A stretch of 64,000 nucleotides of DNA from Takakia lepidozioides (Eukaryota > Plantae > Bryophyta). Below, piece after piece: positions 21,492 through 34,592 of the stretch. The first letter of the stretch is position 1. Every line of letters begins with the position of its first letter. The stretch covers positions 51,336,001 to 51,400,000 of the forward strand of contig CM060732.1 of the NCBI GenBank assembly GCA_030704615.1. Reading direction: 5' to 3'. Under the pieces are notes generated by a model. That model saw only the letters and a list, made by a program, of their open reading frames with translations. It did no database searches and was not told where the DNA came from. Made by a program: the position numbers and the translations under genes.

Positions 21492-24400
21492 TGTCAAGTT
21501 ATTTTACCACTAGTGTGAAACTAGCTGGGAAATAGCTAGCTTTTACATATTGACATTTGGGATTGGCCCAAGTATCAATCCAAGGATCAAGGCAGATTTA
21601 GGCCCTGGAGTGGTTATCTTCACGGCAAGTGCGGGAGGCTCATCTTTCTCGAGTTGAGCCTCACTGCGCCTAGCTATGGCACCATAGTGTGGATTCCTCA
21701 TGGCGTGGGGTGCACTTGGCTTGACTTGTATTTGAGTGATGAGTTTATATATGCATGAGTTTATGCTTCAGCTTTGTGAGCTCGCATAAGCTTGTGCTTG
21801 TATTCTTCTTCTTTATCACTCGAGAAAGATGAGCGCGTATCTGTAAGTGCCAGATACGAGTTAGTTGTAGCACTTGTGGTATTTGCTTGAGAATGAGAGA
21901 AACCAGGTTGTTATGCAAGGAGTACCATGGAGCTCTTGGTTGTTAGAAGCGGAGGCGATGTGGGTTATGAGGTAGTAGACCTTGGCATTCGATCTTCAGC
22001 TTCAGAGATGAAAGCACCATGCTGCAGGTAATTCCAGAGCACCTTGATGGTTTCAGATTGTGTACATGCATGAGCAAGCACGATTGGGAAGAAGACCAGT
22101 CAAAAGCAAGTTATAGTGGCTTTGGTGGCAAAGCTGAGAACTGGACTTGGGAATGCGAGCTTTCATTGTGTGAAGGATTGCAAGACCAAGCGAAAGGGTT
22201 GATTTGGCTTGGGGCAAATCAGTGCACTTTGTGGAGTATGTTGAGATTGGGTTTCAATCTCGAGCTTCAGCATTGAAAGGGCTCTTATCATGGTAAGAGC
22301 AGGGCTGGAACAGGAGCTAAGAGGTGTGACAAGACCATGGAATGTGCACCTAGGGTTTCAGAGCTTGGAAGAAGAGCTCTTGCACCACAAAAAGAGTGTC
22401 TTGTGGCTGGAAATGTAAGCCTTAGGGTTTCAGGAGCTTGGCAAAGGCTGTGGAGTGCTTAGTCTTGTCTTAGAGAGCATCAAGGAGCCAAGGAGCCAAG
22501 ATAGGGGGCTGATACCTCTTGTGTGAAGAGGTTGCATGTGTGGAGCATGTATTCAGCTCATTGAAGCTTCCATCTTCAAGCTTGGAGGGCAAGCAAGGAA
22601 GAGGGAAAGGCTGACTTCCCTTATGTGAGGGCAATGCATATGTGGAGCATGCTTTCAGCCTGTTGAAGGCTTGTACTTTCAGGTTTGGGAGTGCAAGAAA
22701 GGAAGGAAGAGGCTGGTTTCCCTGTAGGGCATGTGTGGAGTATGCTTCCAGCCCGCTGAAGCTTGTATTTTCAGGTTGGTGGGTGCAAGAAAGGAAGCAA
22801 AGGGGCTGATTCTCTTGTGGTGAGAGTGGGGCATGTGTGGAGCATGCCTTCAGTCCATTGGGCTTTTGTTTTCAAGCTTTAGAGAACTAGAAGAGAAGGT
22901 AAGGGGCTGATCTGCTCTTATGTACAGTCCGACACTTGTAGAGCGAGTTCTGAGTTGGGGTTTCAACCTCAAGCCTAGATAGAGCATGGATCTTAAAGTG
23001 GCAGGTGTAGGGGGCTGGAATAGGCTCTAAGACAGATGTTATGGCCAAGGAAAACGCTTGAATGAGTGCTCACAAGGGCTGGAAACCAGCAAGGCTTGGT
23101 TGTTTGCCATTGAGTTTAGTGGCGTGTTTGGGGAGTCTAAGTGAGAAAGAAGGCTTGGTTTGTGGCAACCATCTTCCTCGTGGCTTAGGGCTACTATTGG
23201 TGGTGTGTGGGAGCCGAAAGAGCAAGAATACATTGCTGATTCCTTCACAGCCGCCATAGCTCGGTGCAAAGAAGCCTAGAGTCCAAGAGACACAAACCCT
23301 AGCTTGGCGTGGCTAAACCCCTTGGAGAAATGGCTAAATTGCCATGAGTGGCCATGGATGGGGCTGTGACGGGCTGTGGCATGTAGAGCCGTGATCATGT
23401 GACCTACGTAGGGCTGTGATGGGCTGTGATAGGTGGCCTATGGGTCTGTGATGGGTTGTGACAAGCTGTGCCCTATTGCCTGTGGGGCTGTGACGGGCTG
23501 TGGCCTGTGGCCTGTGGGGCTGTGAGGGGCTGTGACAGGCTATGGCCTTTGGGGCTGTGACCCCTGTGACCTGTGTAGGGCTGTGACAGGCTGTGCCCTA
23601 TGGCCTGTGGGGCTGTGATGGGCTGTGATAGGCTACGATAGGTTGTGGCCTTTGGGACTGTGACCCCTCTGACCTGTGTAGGGCTGTGACAGGCTATACC
23701 TTGGCCTTTGGGGCTGTGAGGGGCTGTGACAGGCTGTGATCTATGGCCTGTGGGGCTGTGAGGGGCTGTGACAGGGCCTTTGGGCTGTGACCTGTGACCT
23801 GTGTAGGGCTGTGACAGGCTGTGCCTATGGCCTTTGGGGTTGTGATGGGCTGTGACAGGCTGTGACATGTGGCCTTTGGGGCTGTGATGGGCTGTGGCCT
23901 ATGGGGCTGTGACCCTGTGACCTGTGTAGGGCTGTGACAGGCTGTGGCCTGTGTGGGGTTGTGACGGCTGTGACCAGTGATCTGTGTGGGCATGTGCTGG
24001 TCTGTGGTGGCCCGTGTTGACCTGTGGACGGCCTGTGCTGACTCGTGGAGGCACTGGTGGACTGCCTAAGGACTGACATGTGGTCTTGAAGGCCGAATTT
24101 TGACGCTCGTGGAGGGCGGTTTGAGGAGTATCTTCATGATATTCCCATGGTCATCCAAGTGAAAGAAAGGAGAGGAAGAGTATTGGGATGAGGGCATGAT
24201 GGGGTTAGGCATTGCTTTAGCTTCTCTTCCTCGTAGTTTTCCACCTTCTCATTAGGCCAAGACCTTTCCGTAGGTGGAGGCAAGAGTCAGTCCGGGTTTG
24301 GGCTGGGGTGTCCTTTCAGGACCAACACCGTGGAGTTGTTTTTGGTGTGGGGGAGTTGTCGTTCTGATTTCTTGTGTTTGGATCCCCTCCATACCTGCAT

Positions 24401-25327
24401 GCTTGACTGTGCGCCATGTTAGTTTTGTGTGGGCGCTTGTTTTTATAGGTGATTGGTCCAGATTTGATCACCGGCCAGTCCTAGAGTATGCTGTCGATGG
24501 TGAGGCTGGGGTGATGACCAGTCAGACCATCATTGTTTCTCCTGTGGTGAGGTTGGAGGTGATGACCAGCCAACCATATGAGTGCTTGCGGTGGATGCAA
24601 GTGCAGGTGTAGGCTATGTTAGGAACCTAGTATTCCAAACCATAAGCCGCAACAGGTTCTCTACCCGGTTACCTTATGGAGAGGGGGTTAGGGACATATT
24701 CATGACCGGTTGAGTGACAGTTTGTCAACACGGAGGTGTCACTAGTTGCTGGGGACAGTGCCGGTTCGAGCACTAACGATACTAGTGGGTACACGAGACG
24801 AGGTGTGCGGTTTAGGCCACCTTCACCTCCTGTGTCTTCTACGGAAGGTTCTGATTCGGATTGTGAATCAGGAGGACTCACACCGGTGGTGCAAGTTGTT
24901 TCCTTGCCATTGTTGTGGGACACAATGGAGGAGATGTATGGAGCTACCAAGGGGCCACGAAGGTACTCTGGGGCGGTGAGCACCATCGAGTTGGATGATT
25001 TTATCCAAGAGTTTGATAGTTGGTGTGATTTGCAGCAAATGCGCAATCCACAACTATTTACGCCTTTCATGGCATGGAAGGGGTTGTTTCAGCACCTTGA
25101 GGGGCCGCCTATGGATGATTACCATGAGTTCAGGCGGGGGCATGAGGTTGATCGAGGAGTGGAGGATGTACTGGTCACCCGACTATGTTTCCATCACTAG
25201 AGGGTCACTAGATCCACAGGCATTGGCTCCACCTGGCCGCTGCAACAACCCTACAACTTCATTTGTTTTTTTTTCAGCCCGCCGCAGTGCCAAAGGACGG
25301 GTGTACATAGCGACGCGTCCACCCAGC
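21492..25327 (+). mobile_element. Gypsy-type LTR retrotransposon copy A (5' region and start of gag), cut by MULE-1
   Basis: Begins TGTCAAGTTATTTTACCACTAGTG, identical to 53090. 21492-21878 and about 22230-25210 align with 53090-53476 and about 53860-57270. Gag-like MYGATKGPRRYSGAVSTIELDDFIQEFDSWCD starts at about 24934. The LTR 3' end and PBS were not identified. Confidence 0.8.
23360..24000. repeat. GGGCTGTGA(C/T)-type degenerate minisatellite in retro copy A
   Basis: Dense GGGGCTGTGA / CAGGCTGTG / GGCCTGTG units. Confidence 0.93.
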
Positions 25328-27627
25328 GAGGTTAGCTATTTCATGAGCATGAGCGGCATGAGCGGCATGAGCGGAGTAGTAGACAATCGGTTTTCATGAG
25401 CCGAAGTACAATTCTGCAAATAAAAAAATTACAAACATTATTGTAATGGGATGTGTAAATATATATATATTTATTTAAAAAAACAATGTAATATTCATTG
25501 TTTGAAGTAGAAATTGTAGTTTTGAGAGCCGTGCTCATGATATTTCGTTTTCCGCTCATGCGAATTCCCGAGTGATATCTGCAAAATTGGCACCGAATTT
25601 CGCGTAATAGGTCTGCAAGCAGAAAAATCGGCGACGTATTGCGCGGTAATAGGTGACTTCGGCGAAAAATGGTGCGAATTTCGCGGTATAGGTCCCAAGT
25701 TCATTGAAGTGTAAGCCCACATTGGAAAATGTGGCGCCGAATTTCCGTACATGGTGCCGACATTGCCCAAATGTTGGGCAGTTCTGGGCCATGTAACTGG
25801 AAATTCGGCGCCATTTTTCCAGACATCGTCTCCGACAATGTTGGGACTTAGCCAGTTTTCGGCCCAAAAAAGGAAATTGGCGCCATTTTTCGAGAAATGG
25901 CCCCCTCAACTGCAACTGTTTGGAACTCAGTTTTCTGGAAGATTTGCAAATTTTTCCTGCCGCCATCTTTGTATTGATTCTGTTTCGACATTGAATTGTC
26001 ACTGGACGTCAACGATATCCCAACAGTCCCTAGTGTTAAAAAGACATCACTTTATTATTGTCTGTCTCATTCCAGGAGTTTTGGTGTGCATTCATTACAC
26101 TGCCAAAACAAAGTCTAATGCATAAAATGCAATTGCAATATCCCATATGGTGGATGCCCTTTTCCCCATCAATGATTTTCGGAATCCCGACGGAGGATTG
26201 TGCCAGCTCGTTCACGCTCACGCTGGTGCATGAATAAAGTCATCAATAGTCAAGTTCATCCTCACCTCTTCAGTAAATGTAATACAGATGTTTGCACAAG
26301 ATAATACTTTGACCCCTTCTTTGCTTCCATCAACGAGAAGTCCGTACAATTGCAAGTCGCTCCACTCCAATCGTAATTGTGTATACGTCGTCGCCTACAG
26401 CTGAGCCGGCCGTTGCATCCGATAAACACGTCCCAGGCCGGGTGGGGGTACGTCCACAGAGCTCTGAATAGTGCAAGCCATCCCAAGAGCATTGGCAATC
26501 CGAGTCTCATTCAATTATTGGGGGGTGTCGTCTCTTCACTCTTCCGAATCGCATTGTGGGATGTGCAGAATTGTCCAATCCGTCTCTACTGGACGGAGCA
26601 GCCTGCAATGGCTGGGTCTGAGGAACTGGAAACGAGTGGGCTGGGACGTCTGTGCGCTGCACCATTCAAAATCATTCAAAATCCTGCTGATAAGAGCATC
26701 CGCCTCATTCTACAAGAGGTTGCAACCTGGTGCACAGGCCAGACGCCCGAGCTCCGGCATTCCCTGAATCCGTATTTGGGCTTGCCAATACACAGGTCAT
26801 TATGTCGTGCCTACAGAACCAAACGTCTGCGTTGTGGCGTGAGAGAATGTGGGAGTCAAAAATCTGCCGCTGAAACAAGGTGCAGGTACAACACCGTGTG
26901 GGTTCCTCCGAATCATCTCACCACAGCGTGCTCTCGTATCCACCCGGATGGCGCAGCACTTCCCTCGAAATGCCGGCAATGTCCTTGTTATTCTCCAACT
27001 GTGACTTCGACACTCTGTCTCCACAATAAATTATGTTGTACTGCTTTACTACAATGGCTCGTTATGTTCCTCGGGCACGTGCCCTCTGCTCAAAGGAGAT
27101 GACGATCTTGAACGTGCAGGACTTGCGGTGCTTGACGAGACCCTCCTCGGGCAACATCACGGGACCACGAGGGAGCGTGCGAATATTCTTGTCAGCTCGC
27201 CATGAATCCTCTTCTCCGCCAGTGCCTCGTCAAGTCTTCGTCTCACTAGAGGGTGTGAACATCTCTTCCAAGTGTGGCCTCTCGAAGCAATGGCGTGTCC
27301 GAAGGCCCCTCTCGCAAGGCTGCCAGGCTGCCCACTTGCGAGGATTCTTCGCTCTGGAGGCAGTCCCATCAGCATGTTCTGCCTGTCCGGCCCCAGCCCC
27401 ACTGGTTTCCCTTTCAAGAACTCGTTGTATACCTGCATTGCTGCATATTGACCTCACCACAATGTCCTCCATTGTGGTAGTGAGGATGTCCACAGATGCA
27501 CCGCAGAGGAGGCCACGCAAGGAAGAATGTACTGATTCGGTCCATGTTTGTTGTCGGCATGTTGGTGTCGGAGTCGACACATTTCCTGCACATGCACATT
27601 TGAGGTTACAAGCAAGTTACAAAGAAG

Positions 27628-28345
27628 TGTCGCGCACCTCACTTCGGTAAGCTCCCCCTCAAGTCATAGTTACTCGCTTTGATGCGCGCGCCTGACTCCC
27701 AACCGGCCGCCGGGCCAACTTGGAGCTTCGGCTGCTCACCGGGACATAACGGTCCCCTTCGCTCTCCCGAAAGACCCTCCACCTATTTGGGCCTAGTGGA
27801 ATTCCCTTTGGAAATGGCAGTCCGGAACAGCTCCCCACTCTTTGGTCGCTTTCCGGCTCGCTCGCTTACTCACTAGTTTTTGGTCACCAACGGGCTTGCA
27901 CCGTTCTCGGGGTTACTACTCCCTATATACTTCTGTAGCTGTCCGCGGGGTTTCACAACCAGCCATGCCATTTTATGGCGAACCACCACGAAGACCCTCG
28001 ACTCCCGGTGGTGAGTCGCGGTGAGTCTTGGCCCGCTCACCACGGCCCCTATGGACCGTGATGAGTCCCAAGACTCCCCACGACTCCCACCACGAGGTCT
28101 CCGCCCCCATGGTGAGTCCTATGCCACCCCCACTAAGTCCCACTAAGCTACCACCACCCCTTGTGGAGCCACCCCCACCGCAACCCGGTGTGCGGGGCTC
28201 CACCTAGTGAGCGCCTCCGCTTCCTGAGTGCCTTGGGCACTCAAGGGTGCTTCAGCCCCCCATACCTATCGCTGCCGCTGCCCCCACCACAGGGGCAGCC
28301 CCTCATGTGTCCCGACCCCTGCCCTCAAGGCAAAGGGCCGCGACA
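27628..28345 (-). repeat. 3' LTR of chromovirus
   Basis: Near-identical to 33867-34592, with TG..CA ends and a purine-rich tract GTTGGTAGGGGTGTG adjacent on the minus strand. Confidence 0.95.
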
Positions 28346-29190
28346 CACACCCCTACCAACAGGGAGTCGATGTCCTCATCGACTTGTCCATTTTGTAGAA
28401 ACGAACATCCAAGTTGTGGCGTCCCACATCAAGGGATTTGTTTTTGTACCATGGCGTCCCATGGCAAAGAACCAAACCCCACACTTGACTCTACTCTCCA
28501 CTAGCTAGTTCGGCCGACTTCCTCCAAGTCCCGGCCAAGGGTGGAGCCTCTCCAGCTCCTCCCAGTGCACTCTTCTTGGCCTACTTCAAGGCCAAGGAAC
28601 GATCCTCCCCGAGGATCGAATCGCCTTACTGCAACAACATTGCTTGCGATCGCTCATGATGCCGCTTTTGGCATCACCTTGAGCAAGGGTTCACCTGGAA
28701 CCCTCTTTGACTAGGAAGATAACCTTGAACCAACCGTGCGCCCCAATCACTACAATTGGGTCCGCCTTGGAATGCTGGCCTGAGGTACGGGAACACGCCG
28801 AAGCCGCACTACGACTTCGTCCCGAGGCTACACGATTATAGTACGTGAACGGAAGCACGTAGCTTCCGCGTTAGCCCGCACTACAAGGCAACCCCCTCGG
28901 TAGCGCAGTTATAGTACGCGCACGCGCCAGGTGCGCACTAGCACGTGAACTCCCAAAGAAGTCGCAAGTTTCCTTGCCCCTTGGATGGGGTCACCCGATT
29001 TCGGCACTACGCAAACACACGATTAACCCAATTTACCTCTCCCACTTTTATAAGCTAGCATGCATTCTACACACTAGCCAACCATACCATGCATCACCAT
29101 TCCAAACAAAATAGGACGCACAACATTTGGAACCCATTTCCTTATAACAAATTTTTGTACAATACAAGTTTTTGTAATCGGATTCCTAAG

Positions 29191-32100
29191 CTAGCTAAGC
29201 CGGGCTAAGCATGCATTTCCTCCCCACGCTCCAAGGTTGATGTCCCCATCAACGTTTCTTCCGCTTTTGAGGTCGCCCTTCGAAAGCTGCAACCGCCTCG
29301 GATGCGTTTCCCATTTCTGAGGCACGCACCCAAGATGCCTCCACATGATGATAGCCCTTCCATTTGACGAGATACTCCGTTTCTCGTTCTTGAACCTCCT
29401 CGACTTAAGTATTGCCTCCACCTCGTACTCAGGTTCATTTTCATGATCCAACAGCATAGGTGGCGGACGCAACACTTGATGTCGATTCGGACGCGCTTCA
29501 TCTTTGAAGTAAGGCTTCAAAAGGGAGACATGGAATACTGGGTGCACCTTGATGTTTGCCGGCAGCTCCAATTCATACACATCCTCATTCATAACCTTCC
29601 GAATGCGAAAGGGTCCCGCATACGGAGGTATGAACTTCGGACTCACTTCCGGAGGTAGTCGGAAATTCTTGATGTTCAACCAGACCTCTGCGCCTGCCTC
29701 AAACTTCACTTCCCTCCGCTTCCGATTCGCCTGCCTTTCATACCGTTTCCTGGCTTTGGCAATGTTGTACTTTGCGAGCTTCAACAAACGCTCGCGTTCT
29801 TCCAGTATCGCCGCTACTGCCGGTTCCTCAACGTCCTGGGCGGCCCAACTTGTCGGCACCAGAGGTGCTTTTCCATAGACCAATACGAAAGGGGAAACTC
29901 CCGTTGCGGAGTGTTCTGTGTTATTATAACAGAACTCTGCCGCGTCTAAGTGTTCCACCCAGTCTGTTTGGTCTGCCGACACGTAATTCCGCAAGATCTG
30001 CTTCACTACGGAATTCACCCTTTCTGTTTGGCCGTCGGTCGTAGGTCGGAAGGCGGTGCTCATCTTCAGCCTCGTCCCCATCTTCTTCCAAAGTGTCCTC
30101 CAAAATTTACTCGTAAACTTTGGATCGCGATCCGAGACAATATCCGTAGGGACTCCATGATGCTTTAAGACGTGGGCAAAGTAAAGTCGTCTTGTCTCCT
30201 GCGCCGTTGCCGTCTCCTTGGTGGGGACGAAATGGCCCATTTTACTGAACCTATCCACCACCACCATGATTGCATCGAATCTTTTGACAACGGCATAGCA
30301 GTCATGAAATCCATCGAGACGCTTTCCCAAGTCCCCTCTGGAATCAGCAAAGGTTGTAACAGCCCCGCTTGCTTTTTGTACTCGCTCCGGTTTTGTTGGC
30401 ATGTGGTGCATGTCTTGACATACTCCTCTGCCTCCTCCCTCAGTTTGGGCCAGAAATACTCTTTCTTCAAGAGTGCCGCAGTGCGCTTGGCTCCGCCGTG
30501 GCCCGCAAGCGGGCTATCATGGCATTCTCTCAAGAGGCTATCTCTTATCCCTCCCTTTGGCACGTAGAGACGTTTTTGCTTATACCGGAGCAGTCCATTT
30601 TGCAAGTGGAACTGCGATTTAACCCCCATCCTCAAGTCCTGCATCACGGACTTCGCCAGCTCATCCTTCCGGCAAGCCTTTCGGATCTTCCTTTGGAGCG
30701 CCGTCTCGCCCTTGTACACCAACAAGAGCTGCTGCTTTCTACTTAAAGCATGGCCACCACGTTGTCTCGTCCCGGTTTGTACTGGATATCCACGTCGAAC
30801 ACCGCCAAAGTATCTTGCCACCTAAGTTGTTTTGGGGACAACTTGGGCTGCGTGGCAAAATACTTCACCGTGACATTGTCCGTGAACACCTTCACTGGGT
30901 TGGAACCAACATAGTGGCGCCAAAGCTCAAGGCAATGCACCACTGCCTTCATCTCTTTTTCGTGCGTAGGCCAGCGTCGCTCCACTTCATTCAGTTTCTT
31001 ACTTTCGTAAATCACTGGACGTCCATCTTGCATAAGTACACCCCCAATCGCGAAGTCCGACGCATCTGTATGAATCTCAAATGGACGATCGAACTCCGGG
31101 ATTTTCAAGACTGGAGCTTCCGCCATCCGCTGCTTCAATTCAGCAAAAGCTTGGCCACAAAAGGTGTTCCATGCCCAGACTTTAGATTTACACAGAAGGT
31201 CCGACAGCGGCCCCGCGATCTTGGCGAAATTTCTCACATACTTCTGGTAATAGGAGGCGAGTCCTAGGAAGGATCGCACTCCCGGGACCGAAGTCGGAGG
31301 CTCCCAGTCCAAGATCGCCCTCACCTTTCTATCATCCATTTTGATCCCATCCTGTGTAATCACATGCCCCAGGAACTCCACTTTTGTGACTTGGAATTCG
31401 CACTTTGAAGCTTTGGCATACAGCTTCCCTTCTCGCAATTTTTGGAATACCCTTTTGAGGTGCTCCAGGTGCTCCTCCTTTGTTTTCGAGTACACCAAGA
31501 TGTCGTCGATGTACACGATCACAAAGTCATCCAACCACTCCTGAAAAAGGCTATTCATTAGCGTGCTAAAGGTCGCGGGTGCATTGGTGAGCCCAAAAGG
31601 CATCACCAAAAACTCATATGAACCATACCTTGTCCTGCACGCGGTCTTCTCCTCATCTCCTTCCGCCACCCGAATTTGATGATAGCCGGAGCGCAAGTCG
31701 ATCCGGCTGAAATACTTCGCTCCTGCCAACCGATCGAAGAGGTCGTCGATCCTTGGCAAAGGGTACTGGTTTTTGATAGTCACCTTATTCAGAGCCCTGT
31801 AATCGACACACATCCGCAGCGTCCCATCCTTCTTGTCTGCGAATAGCACCGGGGCTCCGTAAGGTGACTTACTCGGCCGGATGTACCCCTTTGACATTAG
31901 ATCCTTGAGCTGAGTCTTCAGCTCGACCAACTCCCTGTGGCTTAACCGGTAGGGTGCCTTGGCAGGCGGTTCCGATCCCGGTATCACCTCAATCTTGTGG
32001 TCAACTCCTCTTCGCGGTGGCAAGCCGCTTGGTAAATCCTCCGGCATCACATCCTGGTATTTCTCCAAAATCCCCTTGATCCAATCTGGGCTCGGCTCCC

Positions 32101-33811
32101 CATCGCCTCCTTCTCCTTTCACTTCTCTAATGTAAAGCAAAAACTGGGGCTCGTGTGCCTCCTCCACGGCCCACTCCTTTGCTGACAGAAGGTTTATTCG
32201 CCCTCCCACGGATTTGGGCGTTTCTGACACTCGTAAAACCTCGCCACCATTCCCACATGGCAGCGTGACTACTCTCTTGCGGCCATCTATGACCGCTCCG
32301 GATTTGCTCAAAAATGTCATCCCCAAAATGAGATCCACTCCATCGATCTCGCAGATGGTGAAGTTCTCACGTCCCTCCCAACTCCCCAGTTGAAGAGGAA
32401 CATCAATCGCCAACCTTGTCGCCAACTGTGGTTCTCCTTTGGCAGAACGCACCTCAATAGAGGCCCCCACGTCACTTGTCGGGAGTCCCAGCTTTTGTGC
32501 CGTTGCCGGTGTCATGAAGGAGTGCGACGCTCCTGTGTCCACCAACAACGACACATTAGTTCCGGATATTATCCCATCCACGAACAATAACTGACTCCCT
32601 TTTCGTAAGGCGCCAGTTTCCTGATACAACTCACAAGAAAATTTGCCTACCTTGCAAGTCCTGGCGACCACCGCTTCCACCAAGCAACTGATGGTATCTT
32701 CCGACAGCTCTGTGGTCGCCCGAGTCATGTTCAATTGTCGGGGCTTCGTGCACTTCTTGGCCATGTGCCCGGGCTCCCCGCAATTGAAACACACTCTATC
32801 AAAGGTCGCCTTCTGTCCGCCATAAGCCGCTCCACCCGCTTTTCCTTTCGAAGCACTGGGTGCCGCCTTGACGTGTGAAGGCCCTCCCTTCGATTTCCAC
32901 GTGCCATTTTTGCCGCGTGGCCTATCCCACTTCTTTTCCGGTCGGAAGGAGTCACCTTCCCGCCGAATCTTCTTGTGGTTCAGCTCCGTACGGCCTTGTC
33001 TTTCACCCCTAGGGACATCTGAGAAACATTCAGCCCTCTCACTAGCCTCGTTCAAAGTCTTGGGTGGCTTCTCCTCCAACTTCCGCCTGGCCCATGGTGC
33101 CAGTCCCGCCACAAAGTTGAAGACCATTTCTGGTTCTGCCATGTCCGCAACTTCGAGCAACAGCACATTGAAAGCCTGGACATATCCACGAATGTCATCT
33201 GTTTGCTTCAAATTCCTCATCTTGTCCCGGGCGAGCCAGGACGCGTTGAGGGGCACAAACTGTCTCTTCATCAATTCCTTGAACCCACTCCAGTTCAAGG
33301 TTTCCGGGCTTGGACCTTGGTCGTGAAGGCGTTTCTGCCACCATTGTTGAGCATAGCCCCTCAAATAGGTGGGAGCCACTTCCACCCGATCCTCGTCACT
33401 CAACTTGGCCGCCCGGAAGTACTGCTCTAGCTCCAAGAGCAAGGTGTTGAGTGCCTTCCGATTTCGGACGCCCTCGAAGGTGCCGGGTTCCTTAGGCTTC
33501 ACCTTAAACTTTGCCTTAGCGGAAGTGGCATTAGCCGCCTTCAACACGTCTTTCAACGTCCCGCCAAACTGCGCCAACAACCCTTCCCAAAAGGCTGCCG
33601 GCATGGGAGGCATCTCTTGGTTTGTTGGAGCTCTCAAGGATTCCTCGGGCTCCGACTCCTCGGATTCCTCCCGCTCTTGGGCGGCCTCGTTTTCGGAAAC
33701 ATGCATCGCTTCCTCAAACGGCCGCCTCGGTGACACGCCGCCCCCATCGGGCTCACCGGGATCATCATCTTTTGGGCCGTTCCGCTTTCGCTTCGGCTTG
33801 CCCGACCCCAT
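29191..33811 (-). CDS. Chromovirus gag-pol polyprotein, frameshifted near 30750, 30290 and 29375
   Basis: [14 protein letters not shown] knuckle, [10 protein letters not shown] protease, [16 protein letters not shown] RNase H, H..GH..C..C and [14 protein letters not shown] integrase, GPF motif, and [21 protein letters not shown] chromodomain. Confidence 0.93.
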
Positions 33812-33852
33812 GATGAGGCCAATCCCAAGGACGATCGCGTACTGAACTCTAA

Positions 33853-33864
33853 GCTCTGATACCA
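33853..33864 (-). other. Primer-binding site for initiator Met tRNA
   Basis: TGGTATCAGAGC on the minus strand, 2 nt inside the 5' LTR. Confidence 0.93.
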
Positions 33865-33866
33865 AG

Positions 33867-34592
33867 TGTCGCGCACCTCACTTCGGTAAGCTCCCCCTCA
33901 AGTCATAGTTACTCGCTTTGATGCGCGCGCCTGACTCCCAAACGGCCGCCGGGCCAACTTGGAGCTTCGGCTGCTCACCGGGACATAACGGTCCCCTTTC
34001 GCTCTCCCGAAAGACCCTCCACCTATTTGGGCCTAGTGGAATTCCCTTTGGTAGATGGCAGTCCGGATCAGCTCCCCACTCTTTGGTCGCTTTCCGGCTC
34101 GCTCGCTTACTCACTAGTTTTTGGTCACCAACGGGCTTGCACCGTTCTCGGGGTTACTACTCCCTATATATACTTCTGTAGCTGTCCGCGGGGGTTTCAC
34201 AACCAGCCATGCCATTTTATGGCGAACCACCACGAAGACCCTCGATTCACGGTGGTGAGTCGCGGTGAGTCTTGGCCCGCTCACCACGGCCCCTATGGAC
34301 CGTGATGAGTCCCAAGACTCCCCACGACTCCCACCACGAGGTCTCCGCCCCCATGGTGAGTCCTATGCCACCCCCACTAAGTCCCACTAAGCTACCACCA
34401 CCCCTTGTGGAGCCACCCCCACCGCAACCCGGTGTGCGGGGCTCCACCTAGTGAGCGCCTCCGCTTCCCTGAGTGCCTTGGGCACTCAAGGGTGCTTCAG
34501 CCCGCCCATACCTATTGTTGCCGCTGCCCCCACCACAGGGGTAGCCCCTCATGTGTCCCGACCCCCTGCCCTCAAGGCAAATGGCCGCGACA
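33867..34592 (-). repeat. 5' LTR of chromovirus
   Basis: Direct repeat of 27628-28345, adjacent to the PBS. Confidence 0.95.

Larger units (their letters stand above)
27628..34592 (-). mobile_element. Full-length Ty3/Gypsy chromovirus LTR retrotransposon
   Basis: LTRs 27628-28345 and 33867-34592 (TGTCGCG...CGCGACA). 4-bp TSD GAAG (27624-27627 and 34593-34596). tRNA-iMet PBS; gag-PR-RT-RH-INT-chromodomain order. Confidence 0.97.

Noticed and set aside
23473-24079. Pro/Ser/Thr/His-rich ORFs, also at 54938-56153
   Set aside because: Translations of the GGGCTGTGA minisatellite.
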